Shown here: piece after piece, positions 34,317-34,873 of the stretch
How positions within the stretch are numbered: position 1 is the first letter of the stretch
How the letters are laid out: every line of letters begins with the position of its first letter
Assembly (NCBI GenBank): GCA_043809245.1
Contig: JAZDDZ010000027.1
Location: 1-34,873, forward strand
DNA from: Candidatus Iainarchaeum sp.
GTDB taxonomy: Archaea > Iainarchaeota > Iainarchaeia > Iainarchaeales > JAZDDZ01
Reading direction: 5' to 3'
Length of the DNA: 34,873 nucleotides
Translations under genes and position numbers: made by a program
Notes under the pieces: model-generated
What the model was told of the DNA's origin: nothing
What the model saw: only the letters and a program-made list of their open reading frames with translations
Database searches by the model: none

Positions 34317-34673
34317 TTATTCTTTTGCCATTGACCAGATGGATTTGAGTGCTATTATCAGCGCTGCCGGTGCGACAAAGAACTGTATTGCAAGGACTAT
34401 TCCCGCCAAAGCAGTGCCCAAGCCGTTCAGAACCGTGTCAAGCGATGAAAGGTTTGCCGCGCCAACCAGCATCAATGCTATTGCCGCAATCAGGAATGCA
34501 GTGGTTTCTTTGTCTTTGATGTTTGCAAAGCCCACAATTAATCCCAGGATGACCAGGATTAATCCAATAATTCCTGCGTAAGCTGCAACACTGCTGGAGA
34601 ATATTCCTATAATGATTGCAAGTATTACCCCTGCAATGAAAGCGTATGCGCCTATTTTCTGCATTTCAGCCAT
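34317..34673 (-). CDS. Small multi-pass membrane protein
   Basis: Four hydrophobic helices; LGLIVGFANIKDKETTAFLIA; RBS GGAGGT. Confidence 0.85.
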   Translation of the reverse strand: MAEMQKIGAYAFIAGVILAIIIGIFSSSVAAYAGIIGLILVILGLIVGFANIKDKETTAFLIAAIALMLVGAANLSSLDTVLNGLGTALAGIVLAIQFFVAPAALIIALKSIWSMAKE

Positions 34674-34732
34674 TGGATAAAACCTCCTTTCCCCATTAGG
34701 CTTTTAGTGGTTAATAAACGTTTCTCTTCCGC

Positions 34733-34873
34733 GTAACAGTTTAAATTTCTCCCGTTAGTTGGGGTGTTATGATGTCTTGGAGTGTTTGGGGGTATTCCAA
34801 GCCTCTGGTTTTGCTGGTTGCGTATATTGAGGCTTGCATTTCGTAGCTGTGCATGTGGACAGTGCTTCTGTTT
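34733..34873 (-). mobile_element. Probable end of an IS66-family (ISBst12-like) element with transposase C-terminus (34741..window end)
   Basis: Minus frame NRSTVHMHSYEMQASIYATSKTRGLEYPQTLQDII...* resembles IS66 transposase C-termini; GTAACAGTTTA terminus directly after the stop. Confidence 0.55.

Overview
Archaeal DNA, most likely a DPANN lineage (Iainarchaeota/Diapherotrites-like; inferred from GGAGGTGA RBSs, TATA promoters, archaeal-type ProRS, ZPR1, BHB tRNA introns and gene content). The left ~13.3 kb is an accessory island of tandem modules separated by four copies of a 17-bp repeat (1061, 2814, 7142, 13251). This repeat is the 5' end of a box C/D guide sRNA (13250-13309), and every copy has TTTAA exactly 30 nt upstream. 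The module next to the sRNA carries an intact tyrosine integrase and inverted arm sites; the two complete upstream modules have no integrase. Island cargo includes an ArsR/permease/thioredoxin operon, two AAA-DUF4143 ATPases, a 2H-phosphoesterase/metallophosphoesterase fusion and a duplicated RHH + Cys-rich thioredoxin pair. The right ~21.5 kb is mostly core genome (ACT regulator, RNase HIII-like, ZPR1, TatD, HemK-like MTase, VapBC, DRG GTPase, TrmJ, GNAT, proC-proA-proB-proS). It also holds two mini-ORFs with strong RBSs encoding pure poly-Asn (M-N16, M-N12), an intron-containing tRNA-Pro(GGG), a split tRNA-Pro(UGG) whose 3' half precedes its 5' half with a canonical BHB (permuted or trans-spliced), and a probable IS66-type end at the right edge. 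Calls are from motif recognition only; no searches were run.
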